DNA of 64,000 bases from positions 124,001 through 188,000 of the forward strand of contig JAHDYR010000004.1 of NCBI GenBank assembly GCA_019828565.1, written 5' to 3'. Positions 14,394 to 27,057 of the stretch are shown here, piece after piece. Position 1 is the first letter of the stretch, and each line of letters opens with the position of its first letter. The notes beneath the pieces are model-generated. The model ran no database searches, was not told where the DNA came from, and saw nothing but the letters and a program-made list of their open reading frames with translations. The DNA comes from Carpediemonas membranifera BICM (Eukaryota; Protista; Fornicata). The translations under genes were made by a program, and so were the position numbers.

Positions 14394-14657
14394 TGTTCTA
14401 TGAGGGTCGTTTTTGCTATGATGATCATCTGATTTTCATGAGACAACATAACAAACGTAAATCCGAGGAAAAAGCCAGAATAAGCGCAAATTGGTTTCTC
14501 TTGCTACATTTAAAAAGTACTCGGAGCACCCGCTTCCACCCGCTCTCGTTGTGGACGAAGATGCCGTAGGACCCGCCGCCGTCCGCCCGCACGAGCACCC
14601 ACAGGAACTCACGGTGGGCGAGATTGCGACTAAGATCATTTACAACGCTACCATATA

Positions 14658-16674
14658 TCACAACCTTGCCCTCAGTAGTCGAAACCGGTCCTGGTTTTGG
14701 GCCGCCGCACCGTCTTCTTGGGCAGCCCAGGCGCTTCCCGTTTCACCCCGCGTGGTGCCCGTCCCGGCGGTCGCAGTGGCCGGGCGACGGGTCGACACGC
14801 TCTTCCGGGGCCTGTCGCTGGTGACCGACGGGGCCCGCTGAGACCTGACGCCGCTCTCCTCAAGCTGCTCCTTGACGAGGTCCCTGATGAGCGTGGCGAG
14901 CTCGCTCATGTTGGGGGGGCCGTTACAGGGCCGGCGGAGGCCCTCGCCGGCGATGGCTCGGACTCGGTCGACTCGTCCAGACTCAGTCTCCCGTAGTCAG
15001 AGTCGTATCTGACTCCAGACCTCTTGGATCGCCTCATCGTGGTCAGCTCCTGCTCAAGTGTGCTGCTCCTGGCTCTGGTGTCATCAGCACGGCCCTGAGC
15101 TGGATGACCTCCGTCTCCATGGTCTTAGTCGATGCCTTATGCTGCGCATATTCCACCTTGAGCGCCTCGAGCGCGGCAGAAGCAATCCTTGGCCCTGCTG
15201 GCACTCCGTTCCGCCGTCTCATTGGCCCGCTGGACGGTGTCTTCCATCTTCGCCTTCTCCCCGGCCATCTTATCAACCCGCTCAACCGCCTCCTGCAACT
15301 TCTTTCTGCAGCTCCAGAACCAGGCTGCCCTGGTCATTCCCTACTCCGCTGTAGCTCCGTCCGGTTCTTATCCGCCTCCGCCCTCGCTGCACTGGAGGCT
15401 CTTCTCACACTCGTCGAGCTGAGCACGAAGCTGGTCGAGCACGACGGGGTTGGCTGGGTGGACCTCGGTCTGTCGCCTGAGCCGGTTGTACTCGAGCTCT
15501 ATGGCCTGCTTGTCGGCCCTCGAGTCGGGCTTTGAGTCTCCCCTCAGTTCAGTGATCGTGTGCTGGGCCATCGAAATAGATTCATCCCTCGCATCTGAGA
15601 TACGGCGGGGGATCTCGTCGATCACCGCCTGCATCTCATCGATAGTCTCGCGTGCTTCGAAGTACTTCTTCTCGATCCGCTGCCGCTCGCTCTGCTCAGC
15701 CTCTAGCCGAGCCGATCCTGATGTTTTGAGTCGCCCCTGACGTCGTCCATCTCAATCCTGGCGTCCCTGAGCGCTGTGGAGAGCTCCTCTATTCTTGCCG
15801 AGTACTTGTTCTTGACTTCGTCAATGGCGTGTTCGCTGCTCAGCTCGGCCTTAGAGAACTGAGCTTCCATCTGTCTCACGCGTGTGGCCGCGTCGACCAG
15901 GCTCTGGTTCAGCTCCTGGACACGCGCCTCGAGCCCGGGAACCTTGGCTGCCTCGACTTCCAAGCCCTTCTTCTCCACGACGACACGCTTGAGTTCGGCC
16001 CTGTATGACTCCTCCGTCTCGGTCAGGCGGCCGTTGGCGTTTTCAAGCCGAGTCTGGGCGTCTGCGCTGCTGTGTTGGAGGGCCGTGCGGAGCTCGTCGA
16101 TCTCCTTGGTGTGCTCCGTCTCGACCGTCCGAGCGCGCTTCTGGAGCATCTCAATAGTGGTAGTAGCGGCGTGAAGCTCTACCTTCGCTGCATGACAGGC
16201 GTTGTGGGCTGCTTCGAGCTCGCCCTTGAGCTTTCCGATACGGGTGGCGGCGTCCTTTTTGGGAGACTTCAAGCGCGCTTTCGAGTGTGGTGATTCGGCG
16301 CTGCGTCTCGCGCTGAAGCTCATCACGGGCCTTCGCTAGCCCATCAACTTGCTGCTGCAACTCGTTCACCTTTGAACTCTCGCTGGCCAGCCTGCTCTGA
16401 GCAGCGGAAGCCTCGGCGCGGAATTGGGTCGACGACGCCTCTAGGGTTTTCCAGATTCTTCTCATTCTCCTCCCGCTCGCGAGCAAGCTTAGCCTGAACG
16501 TCTGCAAAGCTCCTTTTCCTTCTTGGCGAGGCGGTGCTCGAGGGACTCCTGGATCTCGACGTAGAACGTCTGCTGCTGCTGGAGACGTGCCTGTGTCTTC
16601 ACCAGCTCTTCGCTGAGATACTTGGCCGTGATCGTTCTCTCAATTTTCTCCTCCGAAGAGAGATCCTGGTCCAT
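14658..16674 (-). CDS. Long coiled-coil hypothetical protein, copy 1 (frameshifted)
   Basis: Consecutive E/K/R/A-rich heptad fragments from MDQDLSSEEK to FRLLRARL; twin of 43794-45804. Confidence 0.65.
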
Positions 16675-16839
16675 GGTGGATGAAGCCTCGTTGTCTAAAA
16701 TGAAGTGATCACTAAATCTCGAGGGTCTGAACCCACGTGGCGCAGGTGAGGTGTCTGCGATGGCGTCGCATGCAGTGTCTCAACTCAGGTCGGAATTCTT
16801 GGATCTGTCTGATCAAATTTTCCCAAATCTCACTGCTGA

Positions 16840-17280
16840 ATGGTCAAAGCGGCAAAGAAAGAGGCTAAGGTGCTCCAAACTCCTGTTCTACGAAGCAAAG
16901 CTTCGCCGATAAGGAAGAATCCTGGCAGCAAGGGCCCGACAAAGCTTACTCGAAAGAAGATCGCAATACAGCTCCTCAGAGAAGAGAATGAAGGCCATAC
17001 GGACAAAGCAATCATTGAACACAAGAAAACATTGGTCGATACGTTCACTCCTAAGGTCAGAAAGTCGAAAGTAGGCGCTAACAATCTCGTTCTTCAGAGC
17101 GCCACGCCTCTAATTGCCCTTGAGCGAAACGACGAGCCGCCTTCTCCAGTGATGACGCGCACCCCAACACTCTCTGCGCTTGTGGGAAAGGCCAACATGC
17201 CCGATATTCAGAAGAACGCGTCCCATATTGATGCCATGCGCAAGGCCATCAAGCGAGCGGGCAAGACCGCCAGCCGGTGA
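16840..17280 (+). CDS. Hypothetical basic protein (146 aa), copy 1
   Basis: ATG-started K/R-rich ORF, identical in both duplicate copies, divergent from the coiled-coil gene. Confidence 0.55.
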   Translation: MVKAAKKEAKVLQTPVLRSKASPIRKNPGSKGPTKLTRKKIAIQLLREENEGHTDKAIIEHKKTLVDTFTPKVRKSKVGANNLVLQSATPLIALERNDEPPSPVMTRTPTLSALVGKANMPDIQKNASHIDAMRKAIKRAGKTASR

Positions 17281-17580
17281 GACCCAGGAGCAGGTTATAC
17301 TGCCCTCGACAGCGTCTATCTTACCATAAACTACACTCCCTGACAGCCGTGTCCGATGCGTGCCTCCCGCACTCGCGAACATGTGGTATTGACCTGCCGC
17401 CGCAAAGGGGGCCATGCAGCATCATGTATCTACCACTCGTCATTTTTCTGCCAGACTCGTGATCTTATCCTTGCGTGAGGGTGGGTGCTTTGGCCTCGTG
17501 CGATCTGGCCGAGGAAGGAGGCTCATCATTTGATTGGCGGCATCACCCCGCAGTGGGCGGCGAGTCACGCCATCTCGACG

Positions 17581-20500
17581 ATGGCTGCCACCAGAGACAC
17601 CTGGACAAACACGAACTTTTGGGACGTCACGATGTCGGACTGCTCAAAGTCGCAAACACCATCCAAATTCAGCGAGATGAATCAGCGACGATGCAGAAAG
17701 TTCGTTCCACGCCTCCCACTTACGCAGCTGGTACGTTCCCAATCCCGTTGGTGCAGAGATGCAGCCCGCGGCGAGTTCAAGAGCGCTTACGCAGTAGATC
17801 TGAGCAATGGTGCGTCCTCCCCGAGAATCTCACGCAGCAGCGAGTGCAGAGCAGTAGAGGACATGATCAGCGACGCCACGACGCGCATCTTCGCCCCAGA
17901 TAGCAAGCTCCACCTCAATCCCATCGGATCCTCGCCCCTCACCGCTACAGACCTCACCCGCGTCCTCGACCACCTCTCGACGCGGCCCAGAGAGTTCAGC
18001 ATGAGGCTGACTGAGCCCGACCTCACTGTCACGATGAGGTATGGCAAGCTGGCCGCCGACAAGCCCGACAGCGCCGTCGACGACCTGCTCGCTGCCTGGA
18101 ATGCGAGGATGGCTGAGTGCATCCAGACGATGAAGGGTCACACCAACTGGGTGATCAGCGTCGCCTTCCTCCCCGACGGCGCCATGGTCACTGGGTCATG
18201 GGATGGGACGACCAAGCTGTGGGACAAGCGCGGCGTGTGCAAGACGACGATGAAGCATAGCGGGGCTGTTCGGTGCATCGCCGTCTCCCCGGACGGGTCA
18301 ACCATCGCATCGGGCGGGACTGACCGCAAGATCAAGCTGTGGAGGCGCGGCAGACTCGTCAAGACGCTCGAGGGGCACACCAGGGATGTGAGAAGCGTCG
18401 GTTTCTCCTCAGACGGCAAGACGCTGGTGTCCGGATCATATGACAACACAGTCAGGACGTGGGACGTCGCCACCGGCGTGTGCAGGACGATGGAAGGGCA
18501 CTCAGATTTGGTGCTCTCCGTCGCCATCTCCCCTGACGGCAAGACCATCGTCTCTGGATCAAAGGACAAGACAATCAAGGTGTGGGTCGCTGAGTCGGGC
18601 AGACTCGAGCAGACTCTGGAGGGCCACACGAATTCTGTCGCCGCCGTCGCCATCTCCCCGAACGGCGCTCTGCTGGCCTCTGGGTCTGGCGACCACACCA
18701 TCAGACTCTGGGACACCAGGACCTGGGAGTGCGTCGCCGTCCTCAGGGGGCACGCGAGCTTTGTCCGCAGCGTCGCCTTCTCGCCCGACGGCAGGACCCT
18801 CGCCTCTGGGTCTTGGGACAACACCATCAAGCTCTGGAGCATCGCTAGCGGCGAGTGCTTCGAGACGCTCAGGGGCCATGACGATTGGGTCCGCTGCGTC
18901 GCCTTCTCCCCGGACGGGTCGACCCTGCTCTCTGGATCTGACGACAAAACCGCCAAGTAGTGGTCCCTTGGTCGCTCTCCCGAGCTCACCGCCCTCGACC
19001 AGACCCTCGCCGAGCCTGTCCCGGCCGCGGCCATCGTCCGCCTCGAGGGCACCGTCGCCGACCTCACCCGCGTCCTCGACCACCTCTCGGCGCGGCCCCG
19101 AGAGTTCAGCATGAGGCTGACTGAGCCCGACCTCACTGTCACGATGAGGTATGGCAAGCTGGCCGCCGACAAGCCCGACAGCGCCGTCGACGATCTGCTC
19201 GCTGCCTGGCATGCGAGGATGGCTGAGTGCATCCAGACGATGAAGGGTCACACCGATGACGTGCTCAGAGTCGCCTTCCTCCCCGACGGCGCCATGGTCA
19301 CTGGGTCATGGGATGGGACGACCAAGCTGTGGGGCAAGCGCGGCGTGTGCACGACGACGATGGAGCATGGCGGGGAAGTTTTGTGCATCGCCGTCTCCCC
19401 GGACGGGTCGACCATCGCCTCGGGCGGTGATGACCGCAAGATCAAGCTGTGGGACCAGACCGGCAGACTCGTCAAGACGCTCGAGGGGCACACCGATGTT
19501 GTGAACAGCCTCGCCTTCTCCCGAGACGGCAAGACGCTGGTGTCCGGATCCGATGACAAGACAGTCAGGACGTGGGACGTCGCCACCGGCGCGTGCAGGA
19601 CGATGGAAGGGCACTCAGATTGGGTGCTCTCCGTCGCCATCTCCCCTGACGGCAAGACCATCGTCTCTGGATCGTCTGATGACACGATCAAGGTGTGGGA
19701 CGCTGAGTCGGGCAGACTCGAGCAGACTCTGGAGGGCCACACGAGTTATCTCACCACCGTCGCCATCTCCCCGGACGGCAAGACCCTCGCCTCTGGGTCT
19801 TGGGACAACACCACCAAGCTCTGGAGCATCGACAGCGGCGAGTGCTTCGAGACGCTCAGGGGTCATGCCGATAAGGTGTGGAGCGTCGCATTCTCCCCCA
19901 GACGGGTCGACCCTGCTCTCTGGATCTTCCGACAAGACCGTCAAGCAGTGGCATATCAAGCACTCGCCAGAGATCGAGGAGGTCTGCGCCCGACCCACAC
20001 TCGGCGCCGACATCCGCCTGCCGTCCGACGACTCGCCCCTCTACCTCGCCGACCTGGCGCGGGTCGTCATCCACATCCTCGCCACGGGCCTGCCCCGCTC
20101 TTTTGAGATGAGGCTGGCCCACCCCCGAATGCACCGTCTCTCTTGGTCCTACCGGATTCACGTCGAGCCAAGCCGCCGATGTTGAAGCCCTTCTCGAGCT
20201 ACTCAACCGCCACCTCGTGATGCAGAAACTGTTGACTGAAACACGTGCTCTCGACGCCGTTGACGAAGCGCTGTACGTGGCCGCGGCTCTGAGCGACGCC
20301 AAGCGCCTGCTGGCCGCCGCCGGCCCGCACGCGGAGCAGCACGAGGCGCGAGTGCTCGCGCTGAGGACCGACCTCGCCCGCCTCCAGCCCGTGCAGGCGC
20401 TCGCCAAGGACCCGATGCCCGCGCTCAGGGGCCGCGTCAAGGAGGCGCTGGAGAGGAGCGACGAGCTCCACGCGCACATCATCAGCGGCGACGTCGCCAA

Positions 20501-22202
20501 GATGCGCTCGAAGACGCTGCTCCGGAGTGTCAAGTTCGGCCCCGTCGTCCTCAACTGCCTCGACCGCGAGGGTCGGTCGCCGCTGCACAGCGCGTTCGTG
20601 CACGACCAGCCGCAGGCCTTCGCGGCGCTGCTCAAGGCCGGCTGCCTGCTCGACGACGCCTTCCCGGACGGCCACCCGCTGCTGGCCGCCGTCGCCAAGC
20701 CGCCGATGCTGGCCGCGATGCTGGCCGCGAGGGTTGACATCGACACCGTCAGCCGGAACACGACTGCGCTCGTGGTCGCCATCCAGGGCGGCCACTGGGA
20801 CTCCGCGACGAAGCTGCTCGCCCGCGGCGCCGACCCCCTCCTCCCGCCGGTCGGCGTCAACGCGCTGCAGGCCGTCAAGGGCGTGGCCGACCCGCTCATG
20901 GCCGGCGTGATCCGGGCCGCCATCAACGACGCCCTGACGAAGCAGCTCAGCGACGACATCACGCAGGGCGACACCGCTGCCGTGAAGCGCCTGCTCGTGG
21001 CGGGCGTGTCCGCGAACGGCGTGGACGGCAAGATGCCGCCGCTCTTCGCTGCCGTCAAGGCGGGCAACTTCGACATCGTCAGCCTGCTGCTGAAGCACGG
21101 CGCCGACCGGGCCGCGACGTACAAGGGCAAGACGGCTGCGCAGACAGTCAAGAAGGGCAGCAACCTGCAGTATCTCCTGATCCAGGACCAGACGCCCGAG
21201 CCGCTCGTGCAGCCCGACCTCAACGCGGACATCACGAAGCCGGCGGGCAGCATCGCGTTCAGCCAGGCCGACCGCATCGGCGAGGGCGGCATGGCGGCCG
21301 TCTTCCGCGGCACGTACGGCGGCACCGACTGCGCCGTCAAGGTCGTCGCGCGGGCCGACCTGAACGCGGTGCAGGCCGACCGACTCCAGAGCGAGATCTT
21401 CATCCACAAGCAGCTGCGCCACAGCAACGTCGTCGCGCTCTACGCGCTCGAGCAGGACGACCGGGAGATCCGGCTCGCGCTCGAGCTCGCGTCGGGGTCG
21501 CTCTCGGCGCTGCTGCTCTCGAAGGCCGACCTGCCCTGGGACGCGCGGCTGAAGTTCGCGCGCGACATCGCGGCGGCCATGGCGTTCATCGCGGGCGAGG
21601 GCTACGAGCACAGGGACCTCAAGTCGCTCAACATCCTCGTCGCGAACAAGAAGGCCAAGATCAGCGACTTTGGGCTGACCGCGCGGCTCGACCAGCGCGT
21701 GGCGGACGTCGAGGGCTCGTGGCCGTGGATGGCGCCCGAGCGCTTCGACGGCGTGGGCGGCGAGAAGGCCGACGTCTTCGCCTTCGGCATCACGCTCTGG
21801 GAGATCGCCGCGCGCGACATCCCGTACCGCCAGGAGCGCCTCGGGCTCGACACCATCCGCGCGCACGTGCGGGCTGGCTACCGGCCGATGACCCCCGCGG
21901 GCACGCCGGCGGCCGTGGGCGAGCTGATCCGCCGCTGCGTGGCGCCCGACCCGCGCGACCGCCCCACCTTCGCGGAAGTCGTCGCCGCGCTGCCCGACAG
22001 CGTCGCGACCGAGATGTACACGGAGAGCGCCGTGCGCAACCACGAGGTCGACACCTTCGCGAACGCCAGCGCGCCCTGGATGACGCTGTCCGAAGACGAG
22101 AGAGCAGCCGCGCTCGCCGCGATGGGCACGGTCACCGCGACATACCGCACGAACGCGCCCAGCGCCCCGGGCCTGCGCACGCTGAACGACATGTATAGGT
22201 AA
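17581..22202 (+). CDS. WD40-array (2 cassettes) / ankyrin / TKL-like kinase gene, copy 1; in-frame TAG at 18958-18960
   Basis: Cassettes start at 18109 and 19219; ankyrin-like motifs SPLHSA, TALVVA, PPLFAA; kinase motifs GEGGMAAV, AVK, HRDLKSLN, DFG, WMAPE. Start set at first family ATG (MAATRD). Confidence 0.8.
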
Positions 22203-22569
22203 AGAGATTGGCTCAGCATTTACACCCGCCCCGACCCATCGCCAGGCCTCCTCCGTCACTCATAAGCTTGGAACACGTTGAAGCGCTTCTGAGCCATCAA
22301 CTCGAAGGCCACAGCAAATGTGCGCCTGTCAACCGGGACTCGGCCACCCAAGCACACCACCACATGGTCGCATTGAGTCATCGCTTCCATCGGCTGTCAA
22401 CAGGTACGATCGGTGTCATGACAACACAGTACACTGTTTTGGACCATCATTCAGGAGCCGAGGGTGGAGATGTCGGGCCGGCACTCAAGATAGCGCCCTC
22501 GCTGCGTCGGCGCTGCATGCCACCGTTGCTGACTCGGCCGAGTTGACACGAAGAACGGGCGCGTCGACG

Positions 22570-23986
22570 ATGGACGAGGCACCACGGCAGAACGCTGTGG
22601 TTAACGATGAGGTGAATAGCAATACAGAGACATCAATGCACTGGGCGTGCTGGAACGGCGATCTTGCCCGCGTGCAGAAGCTTATCGATGCAGGCGAAAG
22701 AATGTCGAAGGATTCAGCGCAAATGACGCCCCTAGCACGCGCAGCCCAGCAAGGCCACGCAGCAGTAGTGGACTTCCTGCTCTCCGACCCAGTTGGCGCC
22801 CCTGCACATTGAGGGAGAAAGAAGCCAACGCCCTCACCCCCTCCACCTGGCCATCCAGGGCGACTACCCGGTCACCGCCGGCCTCTTGGTCACTAGAGGC
22901 GCAGACATCAACTCCAGGGACGCCCAGGGCCGCACCCCGCTCCACTGGGCGTGCGAGCAGGGGTCGCCCCATCTTGTGCGGCTCCTGGCAACACACGGCG
23001 CCGACCTAGAGGCCACTGACGCTAGGAAGCGGACCCCTCTCCACGCAGCGGTCATGGGCGGGAACTACGAGAACGTGGTCTTCCTCGTGGGCCGGGGCGT
23101 GGCGCTCGAACCACTAGACCTGGACGGTGCCACGCCCGCAAGACTTGCTGAGGCAAAGCAGCTCCAGGGCCTTGTGTACGGTATTCGAAGAGGGCAGACG
23201 GCCTGGTGGCATCGTGTGAGGCGTGCCCCGGTCGGCTTGCTGGTGTACTTCGCTGGCCTTGTCGCGGCGATCGTCACGACGTTCCTTTTCGGGGTTATAC
23301 CCTCACCCCACCCCATTTACGTGTTTATATTCGCGGTTTTGCCCACCGTAGCAGCCCTCGTTCTTCTAGTAATCACCAATCGAGCGAACCCCGGCGTTAT
23401 CACCAACGACGACCCACACTCAAAGATCGACTACACGAAGGAGCAGCCGATCTGCGAGTCCTGCCACGTCAGAAAGCCCCTCCGCAGCAAGCACTGCCGT
23501 TCGTGCGACGTGTGTATCAGGCGGCACGACCACCACTGCGTCTGGACAAACTGCTGCATCGGTGCGGGTAATATCCGGCAGTTTATGGCAATGCTACTTG
23601 CCACCATGGTCGCGCTTGCGGTCACGACTGTTCTTCCCTTGACTATGGTTGTCTGCCACGTCGGCGGACTCGAAGGCAGTCTGTGGGCAAAGCTGTGGAG
23701 GATTGCGGTGCTCAGATCAGGGACGGTGGTCATGGCTGCCATCGCTGGGGCCACGTTGCCTTTCGTTTATCGTTTGTTCCATCAGCAGGTCAAGAATATT
23801 TTGACAAATCTGACGACTAATGAGGCAATCAATTGGATGCGATATGACTACATCAGATACGAGAATGGCGTCTGGCACAACCAGTTTGACCATGGATGGC
23901 GGTCTAATCTGGCCGATTTCTTCGCAGGTTACCCCAACAGCGGCGCCGCGTTCCCGGCCACGGCGCACACAGAGGAGTTGGTGTAG
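22570..23986 (+). CDS. Ankyrin-repeat DHHC palmitoyltransferase (Akr1/ZDHHC13-17-like), copy 1
   Basis: Ankyrin TPLHWAC and TPLHAA; CESCHVRKPLRSKHCRSCDVCIRRHDHHCVWTNCCIG; hydrophobic segments; NLTTNE motif; homopolymer frameshifts near 22800-22840. Confidence 0.9.
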
Positions 23987-24489
23987 TGTTTATACGTGTG
24001 TATATGTGCAAGAGATGTCAATACCGGCTTGGGGATACGCTCAATCGACTCCCAGTACAAGTCGACTCCGCCTTAGCATCGCCGTCGACGCCAGCGGCTC
24101 CTGTTCAGACAGCAGCGAGTACTACCTGTGACAGGAGTTCACAAGCATCGTTAACACGCTCAGCATGCGCAAGATCCGCCTGGCCACCCGATCCCGCCTC
24201 AGAGCCGACAACGACGCCATGTCGTCCCTCAACCCGACCCCCGCAGCGCTTCCCGCGGTCTATAGGGGAAGTCCTCCTCGTCTCCGACGATCACGCCCCG
24301 AGCAGCCCTCACTCTTCCACCCATTGATGAGCTCTCCGCGCAGTTTAGCAAGAGTCGGAGCAGAATACCGTCCGGTCCAGGGTCAAGACAGCATGCCAGG
24401 CGCCGCTCAGACATCCCTACGCTGCCACTGTTCAGGCTGGGGGGCGTCGGCGAGATTGATGAGAAGACGACGACACCTCGATTAGTAAC

Positions 24490-25827
24490 TTGATGGCCAC
24501 ACCGAGAACGGGGCAGCACAGGGATGAGACTCTCTCAGAATGCGCGGATGAGATCAAGAATGCAGCCGGGGATCGTGCCAGGTTCATGAGGTCACATCGC
24601 GTCGAGGTGAAGCACGTGCGCACGATGAAGCGGACTATAGTTCTCAAACACGCGTTATCAGTGGAGCTGAAGGCAGTGGTATCGCCCACACCGTATGTGG
24701 TCACATGCGGGTCGGGCAGCAATTTCCTGGTGGACGCAGCAAGCTCGATCGAGGCGTTCAGGTCAGCGAAGGTGCTAGAAATCACTACGGCGCAGATTAC
24801 GGCCACGCAGCGGACAAAGGAGCGCATGGAAGCCTTGGAGAGCGCGCACTGCTCCGCCTACCCCCACGTGAAGGGCCGCAGACGCACCGGAATTGTCGGG
24901 TACACCAACACGCTCGCCCGGCAGGTCCGCAAGCTCGAGGCCGAGAAGGAGGCAGCGCTGCGTGAGTCCATGGACGCAGCGAAGGCCCACCGCCAGGCCA
25001 TCGGGTCGCTTTCATACATTGGTGGGCAACGAGACGACCCGCCCAACCTCACTGTGAAACCTCTGCAGGGTCGGGACTTCCAGGTCACCTCGCTCTCCCC
25101 CAGTGGCCCCAGACTGGACACGAGGGAGAGTCTCCGGCGTATGGCCACCAGCAAGGGCGACCTGACTCTCGACTCGACTGTGAGAATGATCCAGCGGCAT
25201 TGGAGGGCCTGGGTCGAACGGAAGAGGCGGGCAAGGTACGCTATAGCCGGGGGGATGCTCGTGGGCATATGGAGGGACAGGCGGGGCGTCGGGGGCGGCA
25301 AGAACAGGACGCTCGAGACGCTTTTATATTTATTCCATCGCATTTATTTTATTATGGGCGAGAGGCTGCCCGACTCACTATGGAAGTACGCCAGTCCAAT
25401 ACAGCAGCGCCGCTTCATGCTCCAGCTGGAGTCGAGGGGCTTCATCCCTTCGCAGGTTAAGGAAGCCACTGAGCGCGAGAGGGAGCTCGACAAGAGGCTG
25501 AAGGAGTACGAGAACAAGGACGCGTTGCTCAGGCGGTCCATTCTCGAGCGTGCGGCGAGCACCACTGCCGCGGAGGAGACCCCCGACGAGAAGCTCTCCT
25601 CTGGGTTCAAGCGGTACCTTGGACACACCCCCGGCGGGAAGAGCCGAGACCTCCTCTACGAGGCGTCAGGCCTTGTGTTCGGCGGGAAGCGCTCGAACGC
25701 CCTTTCCAAGGCGATGACTGCCGGCTCCGTCATGGGCGTGGCGACCGTGCTCGGGCAGCGGGGCGGGTACGAGCAGAGCTTCATGAACACGCCCACAGCC
25801 ACGCAGATGAGCTTCACTAGACGGTAA
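24490..25827 (+). CDS. IQ-motif hypothetical protein, copy 1 (may extend upstream to ~24015)
   Basis: 445-aa ORF with IQ-like VRMIQRHWRAWVERKR and coiled-coil stretches. Confidence 0.6.
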   Translation: MMATPRTGQHRDETLSECADEIKNAAGDRARFMRSHRVEVKHVRTMKRTIVLKHALSVELKAVVSPTPYVVTCGSGSNFLVDAASSIEAFRSAKVLEITTAQITATQRTKERMEALESAHCSAYPHVKGRRRTGIVGYTNTLARQVRKLEAEKEAALRESMDAAKAHRQAIGSLSYIGGQRDDPPNLTVKPLQGRDFQVTSLSPSGPRLDTRESLRRMATSKGDLTLDSTVRMIQRHWRAWVERKRRARYAIAGGMLVGIWRDRRGVGGGKNRTLETLLYLFHRIYFIMGERLPDSLWKYASPIQQRRFMLQLESRGFIPSQVKEATERERELDKRLKEYENKDALLRRSILERAASTTAAEETPDEKLSSGFKRYLGHTPGGKSRDLLYEASGLVFGGKRSNALSKAMTAGSVMGVATVLGQRGGYEQSFMNTPTATQMSFTRR

Positions 25828-27057
25828 ATCCTTTGGCCGCTGCCTCGCCTCTACATGGCCTGATCGACGGCACGATAGTCTCCCCGGGACGTCCACAGCA
25901 TGCGGCTGTCCTCGCGTGCTTCCATCTCCCACATGCCATCCATCGGGGTGAGCACCGGCCCCTCCGCCATCAGACAGCTCCATGGCGACACCGCCGACCC
26001 CAGCCTGGTTGTTACTAACAGGGCCGGGTACTTTAGCCTCTACGACCCTCGCGCCGATACCTGGGGTGAGGCTGTGAGGGCACACCGACATGCTCTCAAC
26101 ACTCTCGATGTCTCGCCGCATGGGGAGATACTCAGCTCGGGTCGGGACTCGACCGTCAAGCTGTGGGACGCGAGACATCTTACTCGGCCCCTGACGGTCT
26201 TCTCGAACCATAGGTGTCAGCGATCAATGCTGGCTGCCTCGTTCTCGGCCCAAGGCCACATCATCGCCGGCGACGAGCGCGGTGGGGCAGTTGTGTACCA
26301 CAACAACGGCTCGTTCAACAGCCACCCCCACAGAGACCACATCCTGCCCGACGCAGAGCAGGGCGCCCACGTGCTCACGGCTGTAGGGACGAAGCTCGTG
26401 GCTGTGACGGGAGACAGATCGAGGCAACTCGTCGTGTGCGACCTGGGGCCGAGGAAGGAGGCTCATCATTTGATTGGCGGCATCACCCCGCAGTGGGCGG
26501 CGAGTCACGCCATCTCGACGATGGCTGCCACCAGAGACACCTGGACAAACACGAACTTTTGGGACGTCACGATGTCGGACTGCTCAAAGTCGCAAACACC
26601 ATCCAAATTCAGCGAGATGAATCAGCGACGATGCAGAAAGTTCGTTCCACGCCTCCCACTTACGCAGCTGGTACGTTCCCTATCCCGTTGGTGCAGAGAT
26701 GCAGCCCGCGGCGAGTTCAAGAGCGTTTACGCAGTAGATCTGAGCAATGGTGCGTCCTCCCCGAGAATATCACGCAGCAGCGAGTGCAGAGCAGTAGATG
26801 ACATGATCAGAGACGCCACGACGCGCATCTTCGCCCCAGAGGACAAGCTCCACCTCAAGCCCATCGGATCCACGCCCCTCACTGCTACAGACCTCACCCG
26901 CGTCCTCGACCACCTCTCGACATTGGACGGGCTGCCCAGAGAGTTCAGCATGAGGCTGACTGAGCCCGACCTCACTGTCACGATGAGGTATGGCAAGCTG
27001 GCCGCCGACAAGCCCGACAGCGCCGTCGACGATCTGCTCGCTGCCTGGCATGCGAGG

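Noticed and set aside
1-16700. Numerous frameshifts as real pseudogenisation or programmed frameshifting
   Set aside because: Mostly 1-bp insertions, often in homopolymers, at different places in each copy and also in conserved genes such as CAPZB; most likely sequencing error.
18958-18960. UAG=Gln genetic code
   Set aside because: gldA, TAM41, CAPZB and the kinase have no in-frame TAG, TAG terminates the DHHC gene and pol, and all four TAGs belong to one shared block.
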